Below the pieces are notes generated by a model. It was given only the letters and a program-made list of their open reading frames with translations. It had not been told where the DNA came from and searched no databases. From positions 4,467 through 68,466 of the forward strand of contig QEXX01000081.1 in NCBI GenBank assembly GCA_003130835.1: a stretch of DNA of 64,000 bases, written 5' to 3'. Within the stretch, counting starts at the first letter, position 1. Each line of letters starts with the position of its first letter. Both the position numbers and the translations under genes were made by a program. Below are positions 36,466 to 45,670 of this stretch, piece by piece. This stretch comes from Anaerolineae bacterium (GTDB taxonomy: Bacteria > Chloroflexota > Anaerolineae > Anaerolineales > UBA4823).

Positions 36466-37997
36466 GGGATTTGGTACATCCGCCGGTAAATAGGAGCCAA
36501 GGCGGTATATAGCTCCCGATAGGCATGGTACAGATCGGTGTAGCGGGCGTGTAATTCCCGATTCGGCTCGACAACTTTCCGAATGCCGATCAAATCGTCA
36601 ATGTCATCCACGCTGGAATAAATGCCCATGCCTACGGCGACCACCAGGGCAGCCGCCATTGCCCCAGCCTCCAACGGATGTTCAACAATGTGGAGGGGAT
36701 GACCGGTGACATCGCTGATGATCTGCGGCCAAACCTCACTGCGACAGCCACCACCGATGGCATTGATGGCGTCGAACTCAAAGCCCAGCTTATTCAACGC
36801 TTCGCAAATCCAGCGGATATGGTAGGCAACGCCTTCCATCACGGCGCGGGTGAAGTGCGCCCGCTGGTGCCCCATCTGCACCCCGATAAAGCCGCCGCGG
36901 GCATAATGGTCTAGCACCGGGGCGCGCTCGCCTGATAGCCATGGCAGAAAAATCAGCTTATCCGCCCCGGGCGGCACCTCGCCGGCTAGCTTGCTCAACA
37001 ACGTATAAGTTGATTCCCCTTCGGCGCGGGCTTGTTGCGATTCGGCTTGGAAGAAAACATCTCGAAACCACATTAAGGCGCCGCCACCGGTTTCCATCTC
37101 ACCGGCAATGACCCACTTTTCGGGGTGATAATGGCTCAAGCCCCAAAAGGGCTTTTCCGGGTCGTTGCGAAACTGGTCGGCTGAGATGCCCACCCAAGTG
37201 GCCGTGCCGATGCACAGATGGGCTTTGCCAACACGGTTGGCGCCAGCTCCCGATTGAGCGGCCGAGACATCCCCGCCGGCGTTGACCACCGGCGTGCCGG
37301 GCAGCAAACCGGTCAAGCGGGCGGCTTCTTCGGTCACTTCGCCGATGACCTCTGTGCAAGGCAAGGCCGGTGGCAGCTTTTCGATCGGGATTCCCAGCAA
37401 ATCGCAGGCTTCTTTTGACCAGGTGCGCCGGTGCGGATCAAACAGGAAATAGCATGAAGCGCCCACCCAATCCGTAACCACCTTGCCGGTTAGCTTGAAT
37501 AAAATGTATTCCTTACAATCGAAGAGATAGGCGGTGCGCTCCCAGATGTCAGGCCGTTCCTCTTTTATCCACAGAATTTTTGGGGGGACATCTTTTGCGG
37601 TGGGAATATTCCCCGTATATTGAAAGAGCTTGCGGGGGGTATTACCTTCCATTAGGCGGTCGGCTTGGGGAACACTGCGCAAGTCCAACCAACTGAGCAT
37701 CGGCAACAAGGGGCGGCAGTGTTCGTCGACCGGCAAGGTGTTGAACATTTGCGCCGAGATGCCCACCCCCAAAATTTCCGCCGCGTCTACGCCGGATTCT
37801 TGAATGACCTTGCGGGTGGTCGCAGCCACCGTTTGCCACAGCTCCTCCGGGTCTTGTTCCACCCAATCCGGTTTCGGGTAAGACAGTCCATAATCTTGAT
37901 AGGCAGAATGGATCACCACCCCCCGCAGGTCGGTCAGGACGGCTTTATCGCCGCCGGTACCGGTATCGTGTGCCAGAATATACTTCTTTTCTGCCAT
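36462..37997 (-). CDS. FGGY-family carbohydrate kinase (xylulokinase-like)
   Basis: LAHDTGTGGDKA, WVEQDPE, WLDLR, FLPWLSGERAP, AVMEGVA and IGGGCRS. Confidence 0.9.
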   Translation of the reverse strand: MAEKKYILAHDTGTGGDKAVLTDLRGVVIHSAYQDYGLSYPKPDWVEQDPEELWQTVAATTRKVIQESGVDAAEILGVGISAQMFNTLPVDEHCRPLLPMLSWLDLRSVPQADRLMEGNTPRKLFQYTGNIPTAKDVPPKILWIKEERPDIWERTAYLFDCKEYILFKLTGKVVTDWVGASCYFLFDPHRRTWSKEACDLLGIPIEKLPPALPCTEVIGEVTEEAARLTGLLPGTPVVNAGGDVSAAQSGAGANRVGKAHLCIGTATWVGISADQFRNDPEKPFWGLSHYHPEKWVIAGEMETGGGALMWFRDVFFQAESQQARAEGESTYTLLSKLAGEVPPGADKLIFLPWLSGERAPVLDHYARGGFIGVQMGHQRAHFTRAVMEGVAYHIRWICEALNKLGFEFDAINAIGGGCRSEVWPQIISDVTGHPLHIVEHPLEAGAMAAALVVAVGMGIYSSVDDIDDLIGIRKVVEPNRELHARYTDLYHAYRELYTALAPIYRRMYQIP

Positions 37998-38002
37998 GTT
38001 TC

Positions 38003-38785
38003 TCACCTGTGCATCAGTTCTTCAACGTCTTTGTACCACTTGATGCGCTCCCCCACCGCCCCGCGCAGCTTCCACTTGCGGGTTTTCGGTTCAGCTTCGA
38101 TCATCGCTTGAAGCTTATGGATGCGTTGGCGCACCACTTGGCGGTCTTCGTCCGTCAAGCGTTGATAGTGGTCTAATTCTTCATCCACCAACTTGAGATT
38201 TGCCGTTACGGTACGCCAAAAACCCCAGTCGTTGGCGAGGATTTTGGCGATTAACACCCCGTTGATGGTTTCTTGATCATGGTCGCCGACCTCATGCTCG
38301 CGCAACAACATAATGGTATCGATCAGGTCTTTCTCGTTGATCTGCACAATCTGCATCTTTTCCAGCAGCAGTTCTGCCAGCGGCAGGGTGAGCGTTTCGA
38401 CCTCCAAGCGGCCGGTAAAATCGATCACATGGCAAAAATCAAGTTTATTGAAGAAAATATCGATATGGCGTCCATAGATCGGATCATGGAACAGCAGGCG
38501 CGATTCGCTGAACAGTTGGGTTACCGTCTTGTCCTCTTCATACCCTAATTCTGCCATTAGGCGACTGATGTCCTTAAAAAAACGCGGATAGGAAGCAAAA
38601 TCGATGTCAGTAAATTTGCGCCCCAAGTCGTCCTGAATGTAGCCATATTGAGGACAATGGGTACGAAAGGCCAAGGCGCCGATGAGGCGTAGGATCATGT
38701 GCTGATTTTCCGGCTGAGCAAGAGCATCCAGAATACGGGTGCGTTCGGTGTAAAAATCCTCTTGTATCTCTCCGTATTTACCCAT
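38003..38785 (-). CDS. uncharacterised nucleotidyltransferase-fold protein
   Basis: LRLIGALAF...TDIDF (G-[SA]...DxD) pattern, then HIDIF; LLLEKMQI...EKDLID. Confidence 0.6.
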   Translation of the reverse strand: MGKYGEIQEDFYTERTRILDALAQPENQHMILRLIGALAFRTHCPQYGYIQDDLGRKFTDIDFASYPRFFKDISRLMAELGYEEDKTVTQLFSESRLLFHDPIYGRHIDIFFNKLDFCHVIDFTGRLEVETLTLPLAELLLEKMQIVQINEKDLIDTIMLLREHEVGDHDQETINGVLIAKILANDWGFWRTVTANLKLVDEELDHYQRLTDEDRQVVRQRIHKLQAMIEAEPKTRKWKLRGAVGERIKWYKDVEELMHR

Positions 38786-38796
38786 GGGTATCCTCT

Positions 38797-39777
38797 CTAT
38801 CCAGAGATGAGCAGGTGACCCTTCACCTTTCCATCTTCTAGATTGATAATGGCAGCTTTCATGATTCCTTCGGCGTACTCACTGCCAGCATTGATACACA
38901 GGGTTCGCCCAATGCGCGCATGGCCGGGCGACTCGTGGATGTGACCATGCAAGGTTAACAAGGGCTGAACCTTTTCGATAAAGTTTCGCACAGCAGTAGA
39001 GCCAGCCGACTTCATAACGACTTGCCCCCCTTGGGTGACAATCTTCAGATCCTTATCCAGCTCTGGGCACGTATCCAAACCCGAATTATAGGGCGGCACG
39101 TGCAAAACGCAGATGGCGCGTTCGGGATTTTGCACCATCTCAGCCAGTTGATCCAGCTTCTTTTGCAATTCCTCTTCTTCCAGGTCTCTGGCGCATGCCC
39201 AGGGGGTCATATTGGCATTGGAGTTACCATATAACTCGTAGCCGCCTTCGATTTCAAAACGGCGCATGTCTGGGTTATGAATGTGTTCAAAGCCTTCGAT
39301 TACCGCATCGATGGAAGCCAAATCATCGTTGCCGGGCATGAAATATAGGTGCTTATTTTGGGGAGCTAGTCTTTCCTCAGCCAGAATCATCCATTGGCGC
39401 ACCCGTTTACACATCTCCTCTTCAAAACGGGCATCCAACTTTCGCCGGTCCTTCTCCAGTTCTTCGGCTTCGTCTTTTTCCAGCACAATGGGATAGAAAC
39501 CGACGTTGCTGATGGTGCGTTTGACTTTCTCAAGTTCATCGGGCGTGCGGGCTTCTTCTCGGCGCCCGAAGAGGTAACCCACATAGACACCGTTTCCCTC
39601 ATTGACGATTGGAATCATCGCCTTGCCGGTGATGTCTCCACCAACAATCAGCACCTGCGCTTGATATTGGTTGGCAGCGTTCAAAAATTTGCGAAAAACC
39701 TGCTCCGAGCCGTGAAAATCCGATCCGTATAAGATGCGTGTAATTTTCGAACCACCAAATAAATTGCCAAGTTTCAT
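38797..39777 (-). CDS. Icc-related metallophosphoesterase
   Basis: SDFHGS, GGDITG, MPGNDD, LHVPP and LHGHIHES calcineurin-like motifs. Confidence 0.9.
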   Translation of the reverse strand: MKLGNLFGGSKITRILYGSDFHGSEQVFRKFLNAANQYQAQVLIVGGDITGKAMIPIVNEGNGVYVGYLFGRREEARTPDELEKVKRTISNVGFYPIVLEKDEAEELEKDRRKLDARFEEEMCKRVRQWMILAEERLAPQNKHLYFMPGNDDLASIDAVIEGFEHIHNPDMRRFEIEGGYELYGNSNANMTPWACARDLEEEELQKKLDQLAEMVQNPERAICVLHVPPYNSGLDTCPELDKDLKIVTQGGQVVMKSAGSTAVRNFIEKVQPLLTLHGHIHESPGHARIGRTLCINAGSEYAEGIMKAAIINLEDGKVKGHLLISG

Positions 39778-40074
39778 TGTTTACTCCTTATCCTCCCCTC
39801 TTTCGAGCAGAGAGGAGCCGGGTTGAGGTCGCTCTTTTCGGCTTATCCTTTTCGGAGAGCGACCAGCGTTGCGATGCGTGGCCTGGCATGACTGTCAGAC
39901 AATCAACACCACATGCCCTGCCAGGCAAGAACATTTTGAACGCTTCGCTCACCCTGTTCCAGAAAAGGGAGATTTCTATCTCACCTGCACTTTGAAGCAA
40001 GGGCAGGGAGAACGTTCACTCCATGCGCGCCTGTAACAGGGTATAGAAGCAGCTAGCCAGCAGAGACCAACGTC

Positions 40075-40190
40075 TTCTCTCCCTCACCCTCCCTCAAATG
40101 GGAGATGACCCTTTGGTCTCCCACCACTGGAATGGAGAGGGGTTGGGAAGTGAGGTCCGCTCCCCTCTCCACATCAGAGGGTTTGGGATG
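40075..40190. repeat. CCCTCxCCC...GGGAGAGGG-type palindromic repeats
   Basis: CTCCCTCACCCTCCCTCAAATGGGAGA, TCTCCCACCACTGGAATGGAGAGGGGTTGGGAAGTGAGG and CCCCTCTCCACATCAGAGGG; related to the module at 29.41 kb. Confidence 0.6.
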
Positions 40191-40199
40191 AGTCCCTGT

Positions 40200-41813
40200 C
40201 TAAACTGGCGGGATGGACTGGAAGGTCCAGTTGATATCGATGCCTTCGTTCTTGAGCCGATAGGCTCGGGCAGCGTAGAAGACGATCAAGCCGCTAATAA
40301 TGAAGGCTGCCAAGGTGCCCAAGGTGCCGATGCCAATCCGGCCACCAACCGCCGGGAAGGCAAAGGAAGCGATGATCATCCACAGCAGGTAGGCAAGCGT
40401 GATACCGCCCACAATGGTGACCACCGGCACATTCCCGATCTTACGACGCACAAAGGCCGATGCGTTTTCAAACAAATCTGGCCTACGATACGGGAACAAG
40501 GTCATGGCTACCACCGGCACCAGTTGCGTACACACGGCAAAGAAGACAAAATTCAACTGAGCACCCATCACCCCACCCAACGCAGCGTCGATCACGCCAA
40601 TCTCGGCGATGATCGTGATGATGGCGATGGCGACGATTGGGCTGTGTAGTTTGGGGTGAATGTAGCACACCTTCTCCGGGATCAAGCGGTCGAACGACCA
40701 GGCGAAGATGATGCGGCTACAATAGAAGAAGTAGGTCTGGGCAAGGTTGATCAGGGTGTAAATCCAGCCCACCAGGACGATGAGCAAAAGCGGGAAGCTG
40801 GGGCGTAGGATGGCAGCGTAGAAGATGATCCACGGCATGGTTAGACCTTCATACCCCGACTGGCTCAAATAGCTCTCGGCAGCGATCCACTCCAGCGGCA
40901 CAAGGCGCTGTAACAGCAGCGCGCCGACCACAAAGATTGCCCAAGTGACGATCAAAGATGACCAGCTACCGGCAATCAGGGTCGATTCGGCTTGTTTGAC
41001 TTCGCCGGCGAAGAAGGTGGGGATATAGTAGCCATAGAAAATCCAGAAGCCCATAATCAAGCCAGCTAAGGTCATCACTGCCACGTTGGGGTTGATCACC
41101 ATGCCATATTGTTTTGCCAGCTCGATGCGTCCCTCATAACTGCCCGGTCCCATAAATTTATTCCAAGCGGCCGGGAAGGCATCTGCCGGCGCCGTGCCGA
41201 GTTGGAAGTAGATCACCACCCAAGCCAGCAGACCGAGGAAGAAGCCCACCTCCAAAATGCGCAAGATGGTGCGGGTCGGCAAAATCATGGTGAGAAAGGT
41301 GATGATGGTGCAAATGGTGCCAATGACGATAATTCCTGTAGCCGATTGTGACCAGGCGGCAAAATCCAAGAAACTTTGATTGTTCAGGACGATGCCCATG
41401 GTCTGCATCAACGTCGGCAAGGCGCTGCTGGGAATCCAAGCGATCAGAGCCCCAGCAACCATTGCACTGAAGATAACCAACGTCCAGCTTGCTGCAAAGG
41501 CTAGGGGAGCGCTCAAAGTGCGGCTGGCAAGCGTATAGTCCGCAGCCGAACGCGGCATGGTTGCCCCGATGGCGGCATAGGTATAGGCGTGGAACAAACA
41601 CAGGATCATCGCCACAGTCAGAACGCCGATGATGCTACTGCCAGGCCAAACGCCAGCCACCCATGAGTAGGGGATCAAGCCGGATGAAGACAGACTGATG
41701 CAGTGAACGCCGAACACCATGGCGCCGAACACGCCGATCGTGCGTACCAACCCGGAGCTTTTGCGGGCGTATAGACGGCGATCACCGCTGATGGTTGTTT
41801 CAGCTTGTGCCAT
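40200..41813 (-). CDS. APC-superfamily (amino acid/polyamine/organocation) permease
   Basis: LYARKSSGLVR, ATMPRSAADY..SRTL, FAGEVK and SRIIFAWSFDRLIP; about 12-14 TM segments; RBS AGGAGG before ATG 41813. Confidence 0.9.
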   Translation of the reverse strand: MAQAETTISGDRRLYARKSSGLVRTIGVFGAMVFGVHCISLSSSGLIPYSWVAGVWPGSSIIGVLTVAMILCLFHAYTYAAIGATMPRSAADYTLASRTLSAPLAFAASWTLVIFSAMVAGALIAWIPSSALPTLMQTMGIVLNNQSFLDFAAWSQSATGIIVIGTICTIITFLTMILPTRTILRILEVGFFLGLLAWVVIYFQLGTAPADAFPAAWNKFMGPGSYEGRIELAKQYGMVINPNVAVMTLAGLIMGFWIFYGYYIPTFFAGEVKQAESTLIAGSWSSLIVTWAIFVVGALLLQRLVPLEWIAAESYLSQSGYEGLTMPWIIFYAAILRPSFPLLLIVLVGWIYTLINLAQTYFFYCSRIIFAWSFDRLIPEKVCYIHPKLHSPIVAIAIITIIAEIGVIDAALGGVMGAQLNFVFFAVCTQLVPVVAMTLFPYRRPDLFENASAFVRRKIGNVPVVTIVGGITLAYLLWMIIASFAFPAVGGRIGIGTLGTLAAFIISGLIVFYAARAYRLKNEGIDINWTFQSIPPV

Positions 41814-41950
41814 TTTTTGCCTCCTAAGATTTAAGTTTAGGTCTTGGTAGAAGGGCAATTCACTATGGAGAGCAAGCACTGCACCTTCTGCAATTTAGGG
41901 GAGAACAAAAAGCATTCCGCAAAGTCTTATCTGCCGTCTGAACCTCCTTT

Positions 41951-42745
41951 CTAACCTGTTGCGTGCGAGGCAACCTTTGAAGCCGAATGCTCGGCTGGTT
42001 CGACCTCTGAACGGGGGGTTTGGAGGGTAACCTCCATGTGAATGCGAGCGAAATCACTGCGCAAAAAATCCTGCGAATATTCAATCGGTTTGCCACTGGC
42101 AGCGTTATACAGAACGCGCGAGAGCATCAACAAGGGAAAGCCTTCTTCCACGCGCAATTGTTTGGCGACCACATCGTTGGCTGCCACGGCTTCAACCGTT
42201 TGAGAAATGCGCTGCAGGTTCGCGCCATAAACGCCCACCAACAGATCGAAAATGGGCGTTTTTTCCAAATCCCATTCTTCTAGGTTTGGGCAACGGGAAC
42301 AGGGGAAAAAAGCGCGTTCCAGAATGACCGGAACGCGATTGGCAAAACGCAGGATAACGACCCGATAGAGGGGATGCCCGACCTCGACTTCGAGTTGCTC
42401 GGCGAGACGGCGACTGGCGACCACTTCGCTAAATTCGAGCAACTGGCTGGCAGTTGCCAGATTGCGGTCGCGCAGGGCTTTGAGGTTGTTGATCAATTCG
42501 TGAGATTCATAGGTAACGCGTGGCCTGGCAACGTAGGTGCCAGAGCCGTGGCGGCGTTCTAACAGCCCTTCGCTGACCAATTCGGTCAAAGCTTTGCGCA
42601 CCGTCATGCGGCTGACGCCGAGTTCCTCACTGAACTCGCGTTCGGATTGCAGCTTGCTCTCAGGGGGCAATTTGCCGGAGAGAATCAGCTCGGCAATGTG
42701 TTCTTGGATTTGAACGTAGAGCGGTTTATTGAGTCCGCTGGTCAC
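41951..42745 (-). CDS. GntR/HutC-family transcriptional regulator (wHTH + UTRA)
   Basis: PLYVQIQEHI...SEREFSEELGVSRMTVRKAL...GSGTYV, followed by a UTRA-type C-terminus. Confidence 0.93.
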   Translation of the reverse strand: MTSGLNKPLYVQIQEHIAELILSGKLPPESKLQSEREFSEELGVSRMTVRKALTELVSEGLLERRHGSGTYVARPRVTYESHELINNLKALRDRNLATASQLLEFSEVVASRRLAEQLEVEVGHPLYRVVILRFANRVPVILERAFFPCSRCPNLEEWDLEKTPIFDLLVGVYGANLQRISQTVEAVAANDVVAKQLRVEEGFPLLMLSRVLYNAASGKPIEYSQDFLRSDFARIHMEVTLQTPRSEVEPAEHSASKVASHATG

Positions 42746-42792
42746 TTATACCACTTCCTTTGATTTCGGCATATTTTGTTTGAATAGGAATT

Positions 42793-42971
42793 AAGTGGTA
42801 TATGGTATAGTTTGGATTGAATCAACAATCAGAGGGCTGATATAGGTTAATTATAGCGCTTTTTTGGTAAAAATCAAGAGGAACAACCCCAAAATCTCGC
42901 TTAAATGCGCATTTTGCTCCCACTACATCCCGATCAGGCTCTAAGTTCCCAAAAGTGGTATATGGTATAGT
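42793..42971. promoter_or_regulatory. candidate operator: exact 19-bp direct repeat upstream of gntR
   Basis: AAGTGGTATATGGTATAGT at 42793-42811 and 42953-42971; inverted half-site (TATACCACTT) at 42747-42756 next to the gntR start codon. Confidence 0.6.
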
Positions 42972-43004
42972 AGGGCTGAGATAGCCTGTCGCTTTCAGCC
43001 CCTC

Positions 43005-44201
43005 TTAGAAGACAACCGGCAAAGCCTTCAAGCCCCGAATGACAAAATTTGGACGATATTCCACGGTCTGGTTTGCTAGGCGCAGGTGGGGCAGCCTTTC
43101 CATCAGGACTTGAAAAGCAACTTGCATTTCCACACGCGCCAAAGGAGCACCAACGCAATAATGGATGCCGGCGCCAAACCCCAAATGAGCATGGTCTTGA
43201 CGGGTGATGTCAAAGCAATGGGGCTTTGGAAAGCGCGCTGGATCACGGTTGCCAGCCCCATAGAGTAGGGCAATTTGTTGCCCTTTTTGGAAATGAAAGC
43301 CCTGATAGTCTACCTCTTCCCTGACCCAGCGATGAAACAATTGCAAGGGAGTGTCATAGCGTAAGACTTCCTCAACAGCGCTCTTGATCAGCTCAGGAGA
43401 TCGTTTCAACAAATCGTATTGCTCAGGATGGCGCAAGAAGGCTAAGATGCCATTGGCGATGGCATTCACCGTTGCTTCATGCCCAGCGTTGAGCATCAGG
43501 ATGCAGGTTGCCACCAATTCCGCTTCGCTGAGACGGTTGCCCTCCTCTTCCGCCTCCACCAAGGCACTGATTAAATCCTGACGCGGCGCTAGTTTGCGCT
43601 CGTTGATCAAGCCTTGAAGGTAGGCAGAGAACTCACTCACCGCTTGGTTGGCTTTGCGGGCATCCTCAGGGCTGGGCGAAAGTTCATACATTGCCACAAT
43701 TGCCTGAGACCAAGGGCGCAGCCAAGCGCGCCCCTCCTGCGGCACCCCTAACAACTCGGCAATCACAATTACCGGCAGTGGTTCGGCAAAATCGGCTAAT
43801 ACATCCATTTCCCCACGCGGTTGAACAGCATCTAACAGGCGATGGGCAATGGCGCTGACCTGTGGTCGCAACGCTTCGACCCGCGCCGGCGTAAAAGCCT
43901 TGTTGACCAAACTGCGCAGGCGAGTGTGATGGGGGGGTTCTTTTTCCATGAGGGAATTCTGATGCAGCTCGCCGAAGGGTGTGTGCGGATCGGGTTTCGG
44001 AGCTCCTTCCATATCCCGCCCCAAACGTCGATCCCGCAACAGGGTAGAGATATCCTCATACGTACTGACAAACCATCGTTGCCAATCGGGGTCAAACATG
44101 ATCGGACTTTCCTGACGTAAAACGTCATAGGTTGGATAGGGATCCGCGATGAACGTTGCCGAATGAAAATCGATTCCCAGCTCACGGAGTCCTTTTGGCA
44201 C
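43005..44201 (-). CDS. cytochrome P450
   Basis: AGHEAT (I-helix), EEVLRY (ExxR) and HLGFGAGIHYCVGA heme-binding Cys motif. Confidence 0.96.
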   Translation of the reverse strand: MPKGLRELGIDFHSATFIADPYPTYDVLRQESPIMFDPDWQRWFVSTYEDISTLLRDRRLGRDMEGAPKPDPHTPFGELHQNSLMEKEPPHHTRLRSLVNKAFTPARVEALRPQVSAIAHRLLDAVQPRGEMDVLADFAEPLPVIVIAELLGVPQEGRAWLRPWSQAIVAMYELSPSPEDARKANQAVSEFSAYLQGLINERKLAPRQDLISALVEAEEEGNRLSEAELVATCILMLNAGHEATVNAIANGILAFLRHPEQYDLLKRSPELIKSAVEEVLRYDTPLQLFHRWVREEVDYQGFHFQKGQQIALLYGAGNRDPARFPKPHCFDITRQDHAHLGFGAGIHYCVGAPLARVEMQVAFQVLMERLPHLRLANQTVEYRPNFVIRGLKALPVVF

Positions 44202-44502
44202 AGTACTTCTCCTTTACACAACGATCTTGACGAAAAATCAACCAGGCTTCTTTATCGAAACATACATCGGCTATTCAAGTCTTTAACAGACATTAATTCT
44301 ATCTCAAATTAGAGGAAAAACCTCTAAAAAGTTATCCTTCAAAGATAAATTCCCGTCCCTCCCATCCACCGAAACCATCTTGTCCGAAAAATCATGGAGG
44401 CATTCTTGTTCGTTGCTTCAGGCTTAATTCCCAATCTCAAAACGCCTCGCCAAGACTATAATAAGCCCAACAAGTTCATTCTCGTCGGTTACTGGAAGCG
44501 AC

Positions 44503-45663
44503 ATGGATAATCAACCTCTACACTTGCTCCACCTGGATGTTTTTACCCCTCAAGGCTGGATCAACGATGCCTGCCTGACCATCACCGCAGGGCGCATCAC
44601 GCAACTGGCTCCCAGCAGGGTTGCCAAGCTCCCTGCAGGCGAGAAAACCATTGATTGCAAAGGTTGCCTTGCCTCGCCCGGTTGGATTGAGCTACAGATC
44701 AACGGCGCCTTTGGGGTGGATTTTGCCGAACAACCTCACCGGATGTGGGAAATTGCCGCCCGTTTGCCCGAATTCGGCTTTACCGCCTTTCTGCCGACCA
44801 TTGTCACCTCCCCCATGACGGTTTTCCAACAGGCAATCGAAGTTTGGAAGGCTGGCCCACCAGCGGGCTGGCGAGGCGCCATCCCCTTAGGCCTGCACTT
44901 CGAGGGGCCCTTCTTAAACCCCAAGAAAAAAGGCGCTCACAACCCACAGTTTTTGCAATTGCCAAACCCAGAGCTGATCTCGGATTGGAACGCAGCCAAT
45001 GGTGTCCGCTTGGTCACACTGGCGCCCGAGTTGCCCGGCGCCTTTGAACTTGCCCAATGCCTGCGGGAAAGGGGCATCGTGCTGGCGATCGGGCATTCCT
45101 TTGCCAGCTACGAAGAAGCCACGCTGGCTTTTGAGCAAGGCTTTCGGTACGTCACGCACCTCTATAACGCCATGACTCCCATCGAACCCCGCTCGCCCGG
45201 TTTGGTCGGCGCCATCCTGACCAATGCAGAGATTACCGTTAGCCTCATTGCCGATGGGATTCACGTTCATCCCGCAATGTTAAAGCTGGCTTACCAAACG
45301 CGCACCCCAGAGCAAGTGGTGCTGGTGACGGATGCCATGAGCGCCTTGGGCATGCCGCCAGGCCGCTATCCTTTGGGTGGGAAGCAGGAAGTGTGGGTTG
45401 ATGACCAAAGCGCCCGCCTAGCAGATGGCACATTGGCAGGCAGCTTGTTGAAACCTGCCGTTGCCCTGCGAAACATGATGGCGTATTGCAGCGTTCCGAT
45501 GGAAGCCGTGCTGCCTTGTCTCACCAGCACGCCCGCCCGCGTGCTTGGGCTGACTAGTAAAGGGCGTTTAGAAGTCGGCGCAGATGCCGACTTAACCCTG
45601 CTTGATCGCCAAGGCAACCCCATGATGACCCTCGTTGAGGGACAAATCGTTTATCAAGCCTGA
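44503..45663 (+). CDS. nagA: N-acetylglucosamine-6-phosphate deacetylase
   Basis: GLHFEGPF, TLAPE, GHS, THLYNAM, IADGIHVHP, VTDAM and LAGS. Confidence 0.92.
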   Translation: MDNQPLHLLHLDVFTPQGWINDACLTITAGRITQLAPSRVAKLPAGEKTIDCKGCLASPGWIELQINGAFGVDFAEQPHRMWEIAARLPEFGFTAFLPTIVTSPMTVFQQAIEVWKAGPPAGWRGAIPLGLHFEGPFLNPKKKGAHNPQFLQLPNPELISDWNAANGVRLVTLAPELPGAFELAQCLRERGIVLAIGHSFASYEEATLAFEQGFRYVTHLYNAMTPIEPRSPGLVGAILTNAEITVSLIADGIHVHPAMLKLAYQTRTPEQVVLVTDAMSALGMPPGRYPLGGKQEVWVDDQSARLADGTLAGSLLKPAVALRNMMAYCSVPMEAVLPCLTSTPARVLGLTSKGRLEVGADADLTLLDRQGNPMMTLVEGQIVYQA

Positions 45664-45670
45664 AAAGCGG

